From positions 591,929 through 655,928 of the forward strand of contig CP011213.1 of assembly GCA_001029735.1 (NCBI GenBank): DNA of 64,000 nt. The letters are read 5' to 3'. Source of the stretch: Berkelbacteria bacterium GW2011_GWE1_39_12 (GTDB lineage Bacteria; Patescibacteriota; UBA1384; UBA12157). A program made the position numbers and the translations under genes. Under the pieces are notes generated by a model that was not told where the DNA came from, made no database searches, and saw only the letters and a program-made list of their open reading frames with translations. This document shows positions 9,784 to 18,728 of the stretch, piece by piece (the stretch's first letter is position 1; each line of letters opens with the position of its first letter).

Positions 9784-12555
9784 ATGAAATTATCTTTTCT
9801 CAAAAAAAACACAAGAAAAAAGAATGCTATCATTGCTGCTGGCTTTGTTTTGCTTGTTGCTGTAATTGCCATTTTTTTAATCTGGCTTGTCAAGAATAAA
9901 CCTCAAGCTTCGGATATAGTAGGTGATGTAGAAATTGCTGATTTTGTTAAAGCCCCTAAATATCCAAGCCACCTTTTGTACTCTGAGGATCAATCAAGAC
10001 TTTACACCTCGGATCAATTTGGGGTCCGAATTTTTGATATCGCCGATGAAGAAAATCCAATTGAAATTGGAGAGTATAGCAGTGCATCAGTGGTTCAGGA
10101 TATGCTGCTTGATCAGAACATGCTTTATGTCTTACTGACAAACAGAATCAAGGTTATAAACGTAGCTAATCCAGCAAGCCTTGTTCTTGTAAAGGAATTT
10201 ACATTTAGGCCATCGAGTAATATATACATGTCCACAAGCATGGATCTCTATCAAGGGAAGCTTTACATCGGTGATGATAACCCTGAGATTTGGGAAATAA
10301 ACGTTAATGATCCTTCCAATCCTATAGTTGAAAGATTAATTAATATTAAAACAGCTTTAAGTCGATATTCTAGGGATTTAGTTGTTAAAAAGTTTAATGG
10401 TAAGCCGTATATCTTTGTAGCAAATGATGCTGATGGTTTGAAAATCGTTGATTTAGAAACTGGCGAGCTAGTCATAGCTTTACCGGTTACAAGAATAGAC
10501 GGCGAAGCCGATTCAGCAAGGGCAATAAACTTTAATGGCAACTATTTATATTTAGGCGCAAGTAACAGCAATCTTCAGGTTATAGGTGGGTTCGAAAATC
10601 TTGGCACTCCGGAATTTAATCCTCAGGTTGTTGATCGCGCATTTCCCGAAAAGGCTTGGGGATTTTTGTCTCGAACAGTTTTGGTTAATAACCATTTGTA
10701 TGCCGTTAATTCCGATATTATTCCAACTGCTGGAGCATATGTGTTTGACGTGTCAAACCCCGCCGACCTTGTTTGGTTACCTGGGCCCGAATCAACTGGT
10801 AGTGGTTTTATTCCAAATCCAAACTTCCCAACTCAAGGCGTCTCAAGAGATTTGGTTTATACAAAAAATGGTTATCTAATTGTGAGTGATGACACAAACT
10901 TATTTGATGTTTTTAAACCCAATGAAAATCCTGGGAGTATCAGAACGAATAATTTTATTAAGCGAGCGCCAACTCTTCATGGTACTTATGATGTTTCGTT
11001 CTTGGAAAATAGAGGCATGGTTGCGGTTTCCCATACCGGTATCGACTTATTCGACGCTTCAAATCCTGAAAAACCTATCTATAAATCAAGTTATGGCCGA
11101 CAAAACGTTAATGTTTTACTTGTCCCGAATAGTGGAACAGGTGCGGCAACCACAAAAGGTAATTTGGTTTTCTTTTCAAAATCCGATCCAGACTCTCAAT
11201 TTGTCATTGCTGATGCAACCGATCTTAATCAACCTCAATATATTTCTAGTTTAGTCCTTGATCCGTCAGCAACTTTGAATAACGGATCTTGGAATGCGAA
11301 AGAATTATTAATTAAAGATAATTTATTGTTTCTTGCCGGAGGCTCTCAGGGGAATGTTGGTTTGTATACAATCGATATTACCGATATTGCAAATCCTGTT
11401 TTAAAAAGTTTTATTAAATTAGGACAATCACCTTGGCGAATTGCCGAATCAGGAGGATATGTTTATTATGGCGACTCTGGACAAGGCTTAATAACATTGG
11501 ATGTTAGCGATCCGGCCAATCCTAAAATAGTCACACCACAATATTTAGATGGTAATGGTCAGCCAATTGATACAAATAATCCGAATGTTTTAACCTACTC
11601 ACATTATTTAGTTTATACAAACTTTTATAATGGATTTTATATTTTTGATGTGGCTGATCATTTAAATCCGGTTTTTGTCACGCATTACCATGACGGTTAC
11701 ATGGGAGGCTGGGGTTATGATGTGGTTGGAAATTTGCTCTACTCTGGCGGTAACACCTCGGGTATGAATTTATGTGTTTATGACATCGAAAACCCTCTGA
11801 ACCCTAGAAGATTAACGTGTGGTGGGCGTACTGAGTTTTCTGAAGCAGAAACCAAATTAAAGGTATACAACGGTTTAGCATTTGCAACGGGTACTTTCCC
11901 TTATACTGCGTATCATGTGCGAATTATGCGTGTCCCGGTTTTGTTAAATTACGATTACACGATTAATATGACAGTATCTGACGATGATGAGAAGGATCAG
12001 ATCAAAACCACTTCGAATAAAGGTGAAATATTAGAATACAAAATAAATTATTCCAACACGGGTAATGCTCCTTTGACCAATATTACTATTTCAAGTAATG
12101 TGCCAACTTTGACTAATTACGATAGTGGGGGAGTGTTAGATCCTGAAAATAAAGTGGTAAATTTCTCGATCGATTCTCTTGCCCCGGGAATTTCAGGCAC
12201 AGTTTTCTTTAAAGTTAAAGCAAATTCGGATCTTGCAGATGGTAATTATGAAATAACAAATAGCAGTTCAATTTTGGCCAACGAGCTTTCTGAACTTCAG
12301 AGCAACGAAGTTATTTCTAATATTTTTATTAATACGCCAATCCCTCCGGTTATCCCTCCAGTTGCCCCTCCGGTTATCCCTCCAATTCCGCCGTCAAGTC
12401 CGACGCCAGACGAACCTTTATCACCCATTACGCCGATTATTGAGTTGATTGAGTCTGGAACAGGTATCACAGTCATAATTATTGGATCTCTCGCTATTGC
12501 CTCTCTGATTACTTTTTTATGGGTGAAAAGAAAGAAGCGAAATGTCATTAGCTAA
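9784..12555 (+). CDS. large cell-surface protein: N-terminal signal/TM anchor, multiple LVIVD-type beta-propeller repeats, DUF11-like repeat domain, proline-rich stalk, C-terminal TM anchor
   Basis: At least 7 repeats of the form '...Y(V/L)xx(G/D)xxGLxIxDVSNPxxP' (e.g. 'GGYVYYGDSGQGLITLDVSDPANPKIV'). The C-terminus carries 'PIPPVIPPVAPPVIPPIPPSSPTPDEP' followed by a hydrophobic helix and 'KRKKRNVIS'. Confidence 0.65.
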   Translation: MKLSFLKKNTRKKNAIIAAGFVLLVAVIAIFLIWLVKNKPQASDIVGDVEIADFVKAPKYPSHLLYSEDQSRLYTSDQFGVRIFDIADEENPIEIGEYSSASVVQDMLLDQNMLYVLLTNRIKVINVANPASLVLVKEFTFRPSSNIYMSTSMDLYQGKLYIGDDNPEIWEINVNDPSNPIVERLINIKTALSRYSRDLVVKKFNGKPYIFVANDADGLKIVDLETGELVIALPVTRIDGEADSARAINFNGNYLYLGASNSNLQVIGGFENLGTPEFNPQVVDRAFPEKAWGFLSRTVLVNNHLYAVNSDIIPTAGAYVFDVSNPADLVWLPGPESTGSGFIPNPNFPTQGVSRDLVYTKNGYLIVSDDTNLFDVFKPNENPGSIRTNNFIKRAPTLHGTYDVSFLENRGMVAVSHTGIDLFDASNPEKPIYKSSYGRQNVNVLLVPNSGTGAATTKGNLVFFSKSDPDSQFVIADATDLNQPQYISSLVLDPSATLNNGSWNAKELLIKDNLLFLAGGSQGNVGLYTIDITDIANPVLKSFIKLGQSPWRIAESGGYVYYGDSGQGLITLDVSDPANPKIVTPQYLDGNGQPIDTNNPNVLTYSHYLVYTNFYNGFYIFDVADHLNPVFVTHYHDGYMGGWGYDVVGNLLYSGGNTSGMNLCVYDIENPLNPRRLTCGGRTEFSEAETKLKVYNGLAFATGTFPYTAYHVRIMRVPVLLNYDYTINMTVSDDDEKDQIKTTSNKGEILEYKINYSNTGNAPLTNITISSNVPTLTNYDSGGVLDPENKVVNFSIDSLAPGISGTVFFKVKANSDLADGNYEITNSSSILANELSELQSNEVISNIFINTPIPPVIPPVAPPVIPPIPPSSPTPDEPLSPITPIIELIESGTGITVIIIGSLAIASLITFLWVKRKKRNVIS

Positions 12556-14053
12556 AGTTTATTCAACCTCCGTATTGGGGCTCGATGCGATGCCGATTGA
12601 AGTTGAAGTTGATATTTCAAATGGCCTACCGTCATTAACGATTGTTGGACTTCCCGATAAAGCAATTGAAGAATCAAAAGAAAGAGTACGGTCAGCTATT
12701 AAAAATTCTGGTGCAAACTTTCCGGTTAAAAAACTAACGATCAATTTAGCGCCGGCAGATTTAAAAAAAGAAGGTCCGGCATATGATTTGCCGATTGCTA
12801 TCGGTATTCTTACTGCCGATGAGCAAATCCCAAAAATTAGTGAAAAAGTTTTATTTGTTGGTGAATTGGCATTAGATGGAAATCTACGCCATATCAATGG
12901 AATTTTGCCAACCGTTTTAATGGCTAAGGAAAAAGGATATCAAAAGGTCTATTTACCGGATGTGAACAAAGATGAAGCGATCATGGTCAAAGGAATCGAA
13001 ATCATTCCGGTAAAAAATTTAAAAGAATTAATATATCATTTAAAAAATGAAAAAGCTATACCAAGTTTTTTTAAGAAATTCCAAATAATAACTGATAGAA
13101 AATACGAAAATGACATGACCTTTGTTAAGGGTCAGGAAAATGCTAAACGGGCATTGGAAATAGCGGCGGCCGGGGGACACAATATTTTGATGTCTGGCCC
13201 CCCAGGATCGGGAAAAACATTACTAGCCAAAACTATTCCATCGATTTTACCTGAACTCAATGAAGACGAAATTTTAGAAGTCACAAAAATTTATTCCGTT
13301 GCAGGGTTATTGCCTCATGACGAACCTTTAATATCGATCCGACCTTTCAGGTCACCGCATCACACTACTTCGAATGTTGCCTTAGTCGGTGGCGGCACTT
13401 TTCCGCGACCGGGTGAAATTACTTTATCGCATCGCGGCGTGTTATTTTTAGATGAATTTGCTGAATTTCCGCGAAGTGTTTTAGAAGCACTACGCCAACC
13501 TTTGGAAGATGGAGTTATAACCGTTTCTAGGGCGCAGGGTTCAATAACATATCCAGCCAAGTTTATTTTAGTTGCCGCACAAAATCCTTGTCCCTGCGGT
13601 TATTTAGGTGATGAATCTAAAAATTGTATATGCACCCCGACGCAAATTATTCGTTATCAAAAAAGAGTTTCAGGTCCGTTATTAGATCGCATCGATTTGC
13701 ACGTGGAAGTGCCGCGAATTAAATACGAAAAGCTGGCTTCTGAAAGTGTCGCGGAAAAATCCATAGAAATAAGAAAACGCGTCGAAATAGCGCGAAAAGT
13801 ACAAAATAAGAGAGCTAAAAAAACTAATTCCGAATTTAGTCCAAGAGATATTAAAGCTTATTGCGGCTTAGACGAAGAGGGGAAAAATTTATTGAAGCAT
13901 GCAGTCAATAACTTAAATCTTTCAGCCCGTCAATATTCGAGAATTTTAAAAGTTTCTCGAACAATTGCCGATCTATCTGTAAGTGATGATATTAAAAAAG
14001 AACATATTGCTGAGAGCTTGCAATATAGACCTAAAGAGCAAAATATATATTAA
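12542..14053 (+). CDS. comM: YifB/ComM-family Mg-chelatase-like AAA+ ATPase
   Basis: N-terminal Lon-like domain 'VLGLDAMPIEVEVDISNGLPSLTIVGLPDKAIEESKERVRSAI', Walker A 'GPPGSGKT', a Cys-rich insertion, and about 500 aa length. Confidence 0.8.
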   Translation: MSLAKVYSTSVLGLDAMPIEVEVDISNGLPSLTIVGLPDKAIEESKERVRSAIKNSGANFPVKKLTINLAPADLKKEGPAYDLPIAIGILTADEQIPKISEKVLFVGELALDGNLRHINGILPTVLMAKEKGYQKVYLPDVNKDEAIMVKGIEIIPVKNLKELIYHLKNEKAIPSFFKKFQIITDRKYENDMTFVKGQENAKRALEIAAAGGHNILMSGPPGSGKTLLAKTIPSILPELNEDEILEVTKIYSVAGLLPHDEPLISIRPFRSPHHTTSNVALVGGGTFPRPGEITLSHRGVLFLDEFAEFPRSVLEALRQPLEDGVITVSRAQGSITYPAKFILVAAQNPCPCGYLGDESKNCICTPTQIIRYQKRVSGPLLDRIDLHVEVPRIKYEKLASESVAEKSIEIRKRVEIARKVQNKRAKKTNSEFSPRDIKAYCGLDEEGKNLLKHAVNNLNLSARQYSRILKVSRTIADLSVSDDIKKEHIAESLQYRPKEQNIY

Positions 14054-14074
14054 TTTAATCAGATCAAGCTCTGA

Positions 14075-14437
14075 TTAATGAATGTTTAAATAATTAAATA
14101 ACCAATTGCCGAAATTCATTAGGATTCCGTATTTTAGGTCTAAATAATACAAAGCAACTATTATTGCTGTCAAAAACAAAACGACAATGGCGGTTTTTTT
14201 AAGATCATATCTAATTTGCGGTAAGTTGAATTCACTATCCGCTAAGGCCGTTGCCGATGTCTTTTGAGTTATGTTCTTATCTACTATGCCATTCCCAACG
14301 GCCACATTTTCTGGTGCAATCTCCTTCGCTTTTTGAGGCGATTGAATTGATTGTATTTGAGCTGACGCTTGAGAGACTTCTTGTAATAATTGCGCTTTAA
14401 TCTGTTTTTTGAATTTTGATTTATCTTTTTTAGACAT
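14075..14437 (-). CDS. hypothetical small membrane protein (Lys-rich N-terminus, C-terminal TM helix)
   Basis: It is the only convincing minus-strand ORF in this neighbourhood. No motif recognised. Confidence 0.35.
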   Translation of the reverse strand: MSKKDKSKFKKQIKAQLLQEVSQASAQIQSIQSPQKAKEIAPENVAVGNGIVDKNITQKTSATALADSEFNLPQIRYDLKKTAIVVLFLTAIIVALYYLDLKYGILMNFGNWLFNYLNIH

Positions 14438-14619
14438 TTATTCACTCCTGTTATGACTTCATTGTACATCAGCATTGTATCTGAAACAATATTATTTTCA
14501 AGAGGCTGAAAGCCTAATTGGAAACAAACTTGATTTATTTCAATAGATTGATTACCATGCGGATTGCCGTCTTGGACGAAACCTTGTTGGAAACAGAATT
14601 ATCTATTAAGAAGTTTATC

Positions 14620-14648
14620 TTTACAAGGTCTATTCTTTTTGCTATCAT
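14620..14648 (+). promoter_or_regulatory. candidate sigma70-type promoter for the tRNA-Gly/tRNA-Cys cluster
   Basis: TTTACA, a 17-nt spacer, then TATCAT, about 10 nt upstream of the first tRNA-like hairpin. Confidence 0.3.
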
Positions 14649-14668
14649 ATAAGGGAACTTCTTAATTA

Positions 14669-14757
14669 GTGAGAGTAGTTCAGCTTATCTGAACTACCTG
14701 CAAAGAATACGCGAGAGTAGTTTCAGCTGTTCCTGAACTATCTCGCAAAAACAATTA
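14669..14757 (+). repeat. two tandem hairpin-forming partial copies of the 5' end of tRNA-Gly(GCC)
   Basis: GTGAGAGTAGTTCAG..CTGAACTAC and GCGAGAGTAGTTTCAG..CTGAACTATCTCGC both share the GCGAGAGTAGTTCA 5' end of the adjacent tRNA. Confidence 0.6.
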
Positions 14758-14832
14758 GCGAGAGTAGTTCATCGGTAGAACGTCTCCTTGCCAAGGAGAA
14801 GGTAGCGGGTTCAATTCCCGTCTCTCGCTCCA
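14758..14832 (+). tRNA. tRNA-Gly (anticodon GCC), CCA encoded
   Basis: Acceptor GCGAGAG pairs with CTCTCGC; D-stem GTTC/GAAC; anticodon stem TCTCC/GGAGA with loop TTGCCAA; T-arm GCGGGTTCAATTCCCGT. Confidence 0.85.
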
Positions 14833-14884
14833 ATGTCTTTCCGGTAATAATAATAACAGGTCAGCGTTATATAAGTTTCAGTAC

Positions 14885-14958
14885 GGCTTGATGACCGAGC
14901 GGCCAGGTAGCGGTCTGCAAAACCGCGCACGCCGGTTCGACTCCGGCTCAAGCCTCCA
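14885..14958 (+). tRNA. tRNA-Cys (anticodon GCA), CCA encoded
   Basis: Acceptor GGCTTGA pairs with TCAAGCC; anticodon stem GCGGT/ACCGC with loop CTGCAAA; T-arm GCCGGTTCGACTCCGGC. Confidence 0.75.
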
Positions 14959-15077
14959 ATAATAAGATTTGTTTTCTAAAAAAAAGAATAAAAAAGCAAA
15001 TCATTAAGATCTGCACAAAACTTCTGGTGAAAAATATAGCAAATTGCAAATTTTCGCAGAAATTTTTGAGGAAAATT

Positions 15078-15299
15078 ATGACAACAACGTTTAATTATAT
15101 ACAAATTGGGATCGCCTTACTTTTATTGGTTAGTATCTTGATGCAGCATCGTGGTACTGGCTTAGGTGGGGCTTTCGGTGGTGAAGGTAATGTTTACAGA
15201 TCTCGTCGTGGCGCTGAGAAGTTTCTTTTCTATGCTACGATCGTTTTGGCCGTCGCTTTTGTTGCTTTGGCTGTTGTCAATATTCTGCTTCAAAAATAA
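15078..15299 (+). CDS. secG: preprotein translocase subunit SecG
   Basis: 'LLLLVSILMQHRGTGLGGAFGG' is the SecG signature. The ATG at 15078 has a GAGGAAAAT RBS; the longer ORF starting at 15027 has none. Confidence 0.75.
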   Translation: MTTTFNYIQIGIALLLLVSILMQHRGTGLGGAFGGEGNVYRSRRGAEKFLFYATIVLAVAFVALAVVNILLQK

Positions 15300-15325
15300 G
15301 CCAGACAGTTTACTAGAAAAATAAA

Positions 15326-16690
15326 ATGATCAAAAACAAAATTAAATATTTTTTTAATAATTTAAAAGTCTTAACTAAAAAAAGCTTGAAATGCCTTAAG
15401 TTCATTCCTCGTTTTTTGAAAACAACGGAAAAGGTAGTTTTAGGTGTACTATTTGTGGCTATCGCCATTGCAGCTTTTTTTATTTGGCAAAATCATTGGA
15501 TCAAAACAACTCATGAGGCCCCGGCTTTTGGTGGAACTTTAGTTGAAGGCATTGTTGGGGAAGCGAAAGATCTAGATAAGCATACAGCTCGTTTAACTGG
15601 TGCCGGTTTAACTCGTTTAGAAGAAAACGGTGATGTCAAAGGTGATTTGGCAGAAGGCTGGGAAATAAAAGATGATGGCAAAACTTATCAATTTAAAATC
15701 CGATCAGGTTATTCAGCCAATGACTTGCTTAGCCAAATTCAAAATAAAAATACTTGGTCATCAATCGACATGTCTGCACCAGACGATCAAACCTTGGTTT
15801 TTAAATTTAAGTCGCCATTCAGTCCGTTTCTCTATGTTTCTACTGAGCCCCTCTTTAATTACGGACCGTATCAGATAACCAAAGAACAAAAGGATCAAGT
15901 TACTTTAACTGCCAATAAAAACTATTGGCAAGGTTCGCCTTACATTCAAAATATTCAGATTAATCTTTATGAGAATAAAGATCTATTAACCAAGGCGGCT
16001 AAGCGCGGTGAAATTATGGGTTACCTAGAAAATAGCACGAACAATGTTCAAATGAGTAATTCGCAAACTTTTGGTTACAATCTTCCAAGAGAATTAAATT
16101 TATTTTTTAACTTATCCAAAGCCGATTTGCAAGACATCAATATTCGTCGCGCTTTGCGTGACGGAAAAACACCAGGCAAAACTTTGAACTTAGTTTTGGC
16201 AACTTCTGATAGCGATAAAAATGAAGCCGAGGCCCAAAGATTGAAGGACACTTGGGCAACTCTCGGTGTTAATTTGGAAATTAAAACCTACGACAATGTT
16301 GCTTTGCAAAAGGATATTATTCCTAATAGAACCTATGATTTACTGCTTTACGGACAAGATTATGGTCCTGATCCAGATCCGTATCCATTTTGGCACTCTT
16401 CTCAAATTGGTACCGCTGGGGCAAATCTAGCGAACTTTTCGAACAAACCGGCAGACAAACTATTGGAAGATGCGCGACAAACTTTTGATTTCACTGTTCG
16501 TGATCAAAAATACAAAGCTTTTCGCGATATCCTAGCCGATCAAGTGCCATATATTAATTTAGAAAAAACTTCAGTTAATTATATTGTTTCAAATAAAGTA
16601 AAAGACATTAATAAAGTCTTCGGTTTTTCTGAAGCCGATCGGTTCTTAAATGTTAATCAGTGGTATATTAAAAGTAAACGAGTGAAGTAG
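15326..16690 (+). CDS. membrane-anchored solute-binding-protein family 5-like protein
   Basis: N-terminal TM helix, then 'AGLTRLEENGDVKGDLAEGWEIKDDGKTYQFKIRSG', which resembles the SBP_bac_5 N-terminal motif. The protein is shorter than canonical OppA/DppA. Confidence 0.45.
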   Translation: MIKNKIKYFFNNLKVLTKKSLKCLKFIPRFLKTTEKVVLGVLFVAIAIAAFFIWQNHWIKTTHEAPAFGGTLVEGIVGEAKDLDKHTARLTGAGLTRLEENGDVKGDLAEGWEIKDDGKTYQFKIRSGYSANDLLSQIQNKNTWSSIDMSAPDDQTLVFKFKSPFSPFLYVSTEPLFNYGPYQITKEQKDQVTLTANKNYWQGSPYIQNIQINLYENKDLLTKAAKRGEIMGYLENSTNNVQMSNSQTFGYNLPRELNLFFNLSKADLQDINIRRALRDGKTPGKTLNLVLATSDSDKNEAEAQRLKDTWATLGVNLEIKTYDNVALQKDIIPNRTYDLLLYGQDYGPDPDPYPFWHSSQIGTAGANLANFSNKPADKLLEDARQTFDFTVRDQKYKAFRDILADQVPYINLEKTSVNYIVSNKVKDINKVFGFSEADRFLNVNQWYIKSKRVK

Positions 16691-16697
16691 AAGTAGT

Positions 16698-16783
16698 GCC
16701 CGGATGGCGGAATGGTAGACGCGCTGGCTTCAGGTGCCAGTGATCGCAAGATCGTGGAGGTTCGACTCCTCTTTCGGGCACCA
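16698..16783 (+). tRNA. tRNA-Leu (anticodon CAG), class II, CCA encoded
   Basis: Acceptor GCCCGGA pairs with TTCGGGC (one G-U pair); anticodon stem CTGGC/GCCAG with loop TTCAGGT; long variable arm; T-arm GGAGGTTCGACTCCTCT. Confidence 0.85.
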
Positions 16784-16833
16784 AAAATTTGATTAATTTG
16801 TAATTGTTAGTTAATATGGCCCTAGAATAAAAA

Positions 16834-16855
16834 GTCAAGCAATGCTTGGCTTTTT
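16834..16855 (+). terminator. putative intrinsic terminator downstream of tRNA-Leu(CAG)
   Basis: GTCAAGC-AAT-GCTTGGC hairpin followed by TTTTT. It overlaps the first ATG (16842) of the purH ORF, which argues for a downstream start. Confidence 0.4.
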
Positions 16856-16886
16856 ACGTATCTCAAAACTTGAGGAGGAATGGGTG

Positions 16887-18581
16887 ATGATTGCGGTAAG
16901 AGCAAAGAAAAAGAGAGATCCGTACAACATGTCTCTGCAGAGTCTACTGAAGTTCAAAAAGATCGCTCTTGTCTCGGTTTACGACAAGACTAATCTGGCC
17001 GAACGAGTCAGACGTCTGACCAAACAAGGCTACGGCATCCTTAGTTCTGGCGGAACAGCCAAGATGCTACGGGAAAACAAGATTCGCGTCTGTGATGTGG
17101 CAACACTTGTCGGTGGCGGCGCGATTTTAGGCCACAAGGTGGTAACCCTGTCGCGTGAAGTCCATGCGGGTCTATTGGCTGCCGATTGTGAAATCGAGGT
17201 ACTAGAACAGCTTGGCATTCCGCGTATTGATCTGGTAGCGGTTGATCTATATCCTCTTGAGGAAGAAATCGCCAAACCTGATTGCACCCGTAAGAGCGTC
17301 ATCGAGAAAACAGACATCGGCGGACCAACTATGCTTTCTTCGGCAGCCAAAGGTGGACGGATCGTTATTAGTATTCCCGAAGACTGGGAGCCGACGTTGA
17401 CTTGGATCGAATCGGGTTGCCCGGATTTCGACGAAACTGTCAATGCTCAGCGAGCCAAAGCCGACTATGTTGTCGCCAAGTATCGATTGCTTTCGGCGAA
17501 TTATCATAGCGGCGGCATCTACGCCGGCGTGATTGGGCGCAAGGTCAGAGACTTAGCCTACGGCGAAAATCGTGACCAGTCTCCGTCAGCGCTCTACGAA
17601 GAAGATCCGACTGATTCCCTTGGTATGGGTAAATTTGATGTCTTAACAGGTGATCCCAGTCACATTTCTGTCGCCGACGGAGACCGTGCGCTCGGAGTGA
17701 TGTGCGCGGCGGCCGATGCCTTCCGTCTCAACTGCAATGCCGTGCCTTTCATCGCCGTTGCCTGTAAGCACGGCGCTCCATGTGGCATCGGCGTGTCCTT
17801 TGAAACAAGGAACACCGCTCTCGAGAGAGCGCTGATGGGAGATTCGATCGCAGTAATGGGAGCGGAGGTAATGACCAACTTCGCGATCGATGAAGATCTC
17901 GGGAGACTGCTTTACGAAGTGCCAGAGTCACTTCGTGCTCAAGTTGGCTGTAAGTACTGGGGTATCGATGTACTTTACGCTCCTGCAGTTGACGATGCTA
18001 CCATTGATCTCCTCGGCAAAAAAGAGCGTCGACGCATCTTGGTCAATCCGGCGCTTATCTATCCATTCAGCTCCAAGCAGGAGCTGATGGGAAGACCGGT
18101 CCGTGGAGGGTTCCTCAGTCAGAAAGCATACCACTTCATCCTCGATCTTCACGATCTTCATTTACCGCTAACGGCGGGAATGAATGACGATCAAAAGATT
18201 GACGCCATTATCGCTTGGGCTGCATGTTGGCGATCTGTCTCCAATACCGTTGCTTTGGCAAATGATGGCACGCTTATCGGTCTTGGTTGCGGCCAGCAAG
18301 ATCGCATTGCCTGCGTTGAGCTATGCCTGAATCGGGCTAAACGCTCTGGTCATAACACCAATGGCTCGATGTTTGCCTCCGACGCTTTCTTCCCGTTTGC
18401 CAAGAGGAAACGTGAAGAAGATCCGTTAGAAGGACCGGAAATTCTTATCCAGGCTGGCTGCGCCGGCGGCATAGTACCCCATGATGGTAAGAACATAGAA
18501 GAGGTAAGTGCGCTTTTTGATGAGCATAAACTGCTAGTAGGATATCTTCCGTCGATTCACCGTGGCTTCTTCGGCCACTAA
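16887..18581 (+). CDS. purH: bifunctional AICAR transformylase / IMP cyclohydrolase (PurH), GC-rich
   Basis: MGS-like domain 'ALVSVYDKTNLAERVRRLTKQGYGILSSGGTAKMLRENKIRVCDVATLVGG...DLVAVDLYPL'. AICARFT motifs 'LAYGENRDQ', 'ASDAFFPF' and C-terminal 'HRGFFGH'. Start chosen at the ATG preceded by GAGGAGG; 16842 and 16929 are alternatives. Confidence 0.8.
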   Translation: MIAVRAKKKRDPYNMSLQSLLKFKKIALVSVYDKTNLAERVRRLTKQGYGILSSGGTAKMLRENKIRVCDVATLVGGGAILGHKVVTLSREVHAGLLAADCEIEVLEQLGIPRIDLVAVDLYPLEEEIAKPDCTRKSVIEKTDIGGPTMLSSAAKGGRIVISIPEDWEPTLTWIESGCPDFDETVNAQRAKADYVVAKYRLLSANYHSGGIYAGVIGRKVRDLAYGENRDQSPSALYEEDPTDSLGMGKFDVLTGDPSHISVADGDRALGVMCAAADAFRLNCNAVPFIAVACKHGAPCGIGVSFETRNTALERALMGDSIAVMGAEVMTNFAIDEDLGRLLYEVPESLRAQVGCKYWGIDVLYAPAVDDATIDLLGKKERRRILVNPALIYPFSSKQELMGRPVRGGFLSQKAYHFILDLHDLHLPLTAGMNDDQKIDAIIAWAACWRSVSNTVALANDGTLIGLGCGQQDRIACVELCLNRAKRSGHNTNGSMFASDAFFPFAKRKREEDPLEGPEILIQAGCAGGIVPHDGKNIEEVSALFDEHKLLVGYLPSIHRGFFGH

Positions 18582-18606
18582 GATCGAAGATCTCAAACTT
18601 ATTGTC

Positions 18607-18632
18607 AGGCTGGATTTTTTCCAGCCTTTTTA
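18607..18632 (+). terminator. rho-independent terminator after purH
   Basis: GGCTGGA-TTTTTT-CCAGCC hairpin followed by TTTTT. Confidence 0.65.
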
Positions 18633-18651
18633 AATACAAAGACATAAAGCC

Positions 18652-18680
18652 TTGAAGTAATACCTGTTAAATGTTACAAT
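18652..18680 (+). promoter_or_regulatory. sigma70-like promoter upstream of purB
   Basis: TTGAAG, a 17-nt spacer, then TACAAT. A GGGGAGG RBS lies before the ATG at 18729. Confidence 0.45.
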
Positions 18681-18728
18681 CCAAGCGTCTGAAATAGGGG
18701 ACAATATGTTTGGGGAGGTTCGTTAACA

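Noticed and set aside
12340-12420. Short periodic DNA repeat (CCGGTTATCCCTCCA units) that could look like a minisatellite or CRISPR-like repeat
   Set aside because: It is in-frame coding sequence for the proline-rich stalk (PPVIPPVAPPVIPPIPP) of the LVIVD surface protein. There is no spacer and repeat alternation, and no CRISPR array is present in the window.
15027-15077. Upstream ATG start for secG giving a 90-aa product
   Set aside because: It has no RBS. The ATG at 15078 is preceded by GAGGAAAAT and gives the canonical SecG length and N-terminus.
16842-16886. First ATG of the purH ORF
   Set aside because: It overlaps the terminator-like hairpin that follows tRNA-Leu(CAG) and has no RBS. 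The in-frame ATG at 16887 follows GAGGAGG at ideal spacing.
17030-18161. Multiple overlapping ORFs on both strands inside purH
   Set aside because: They are a by-product of high GC content, which yields few stop codons in alternative frames. The PurH frame carries the conserved motifs.
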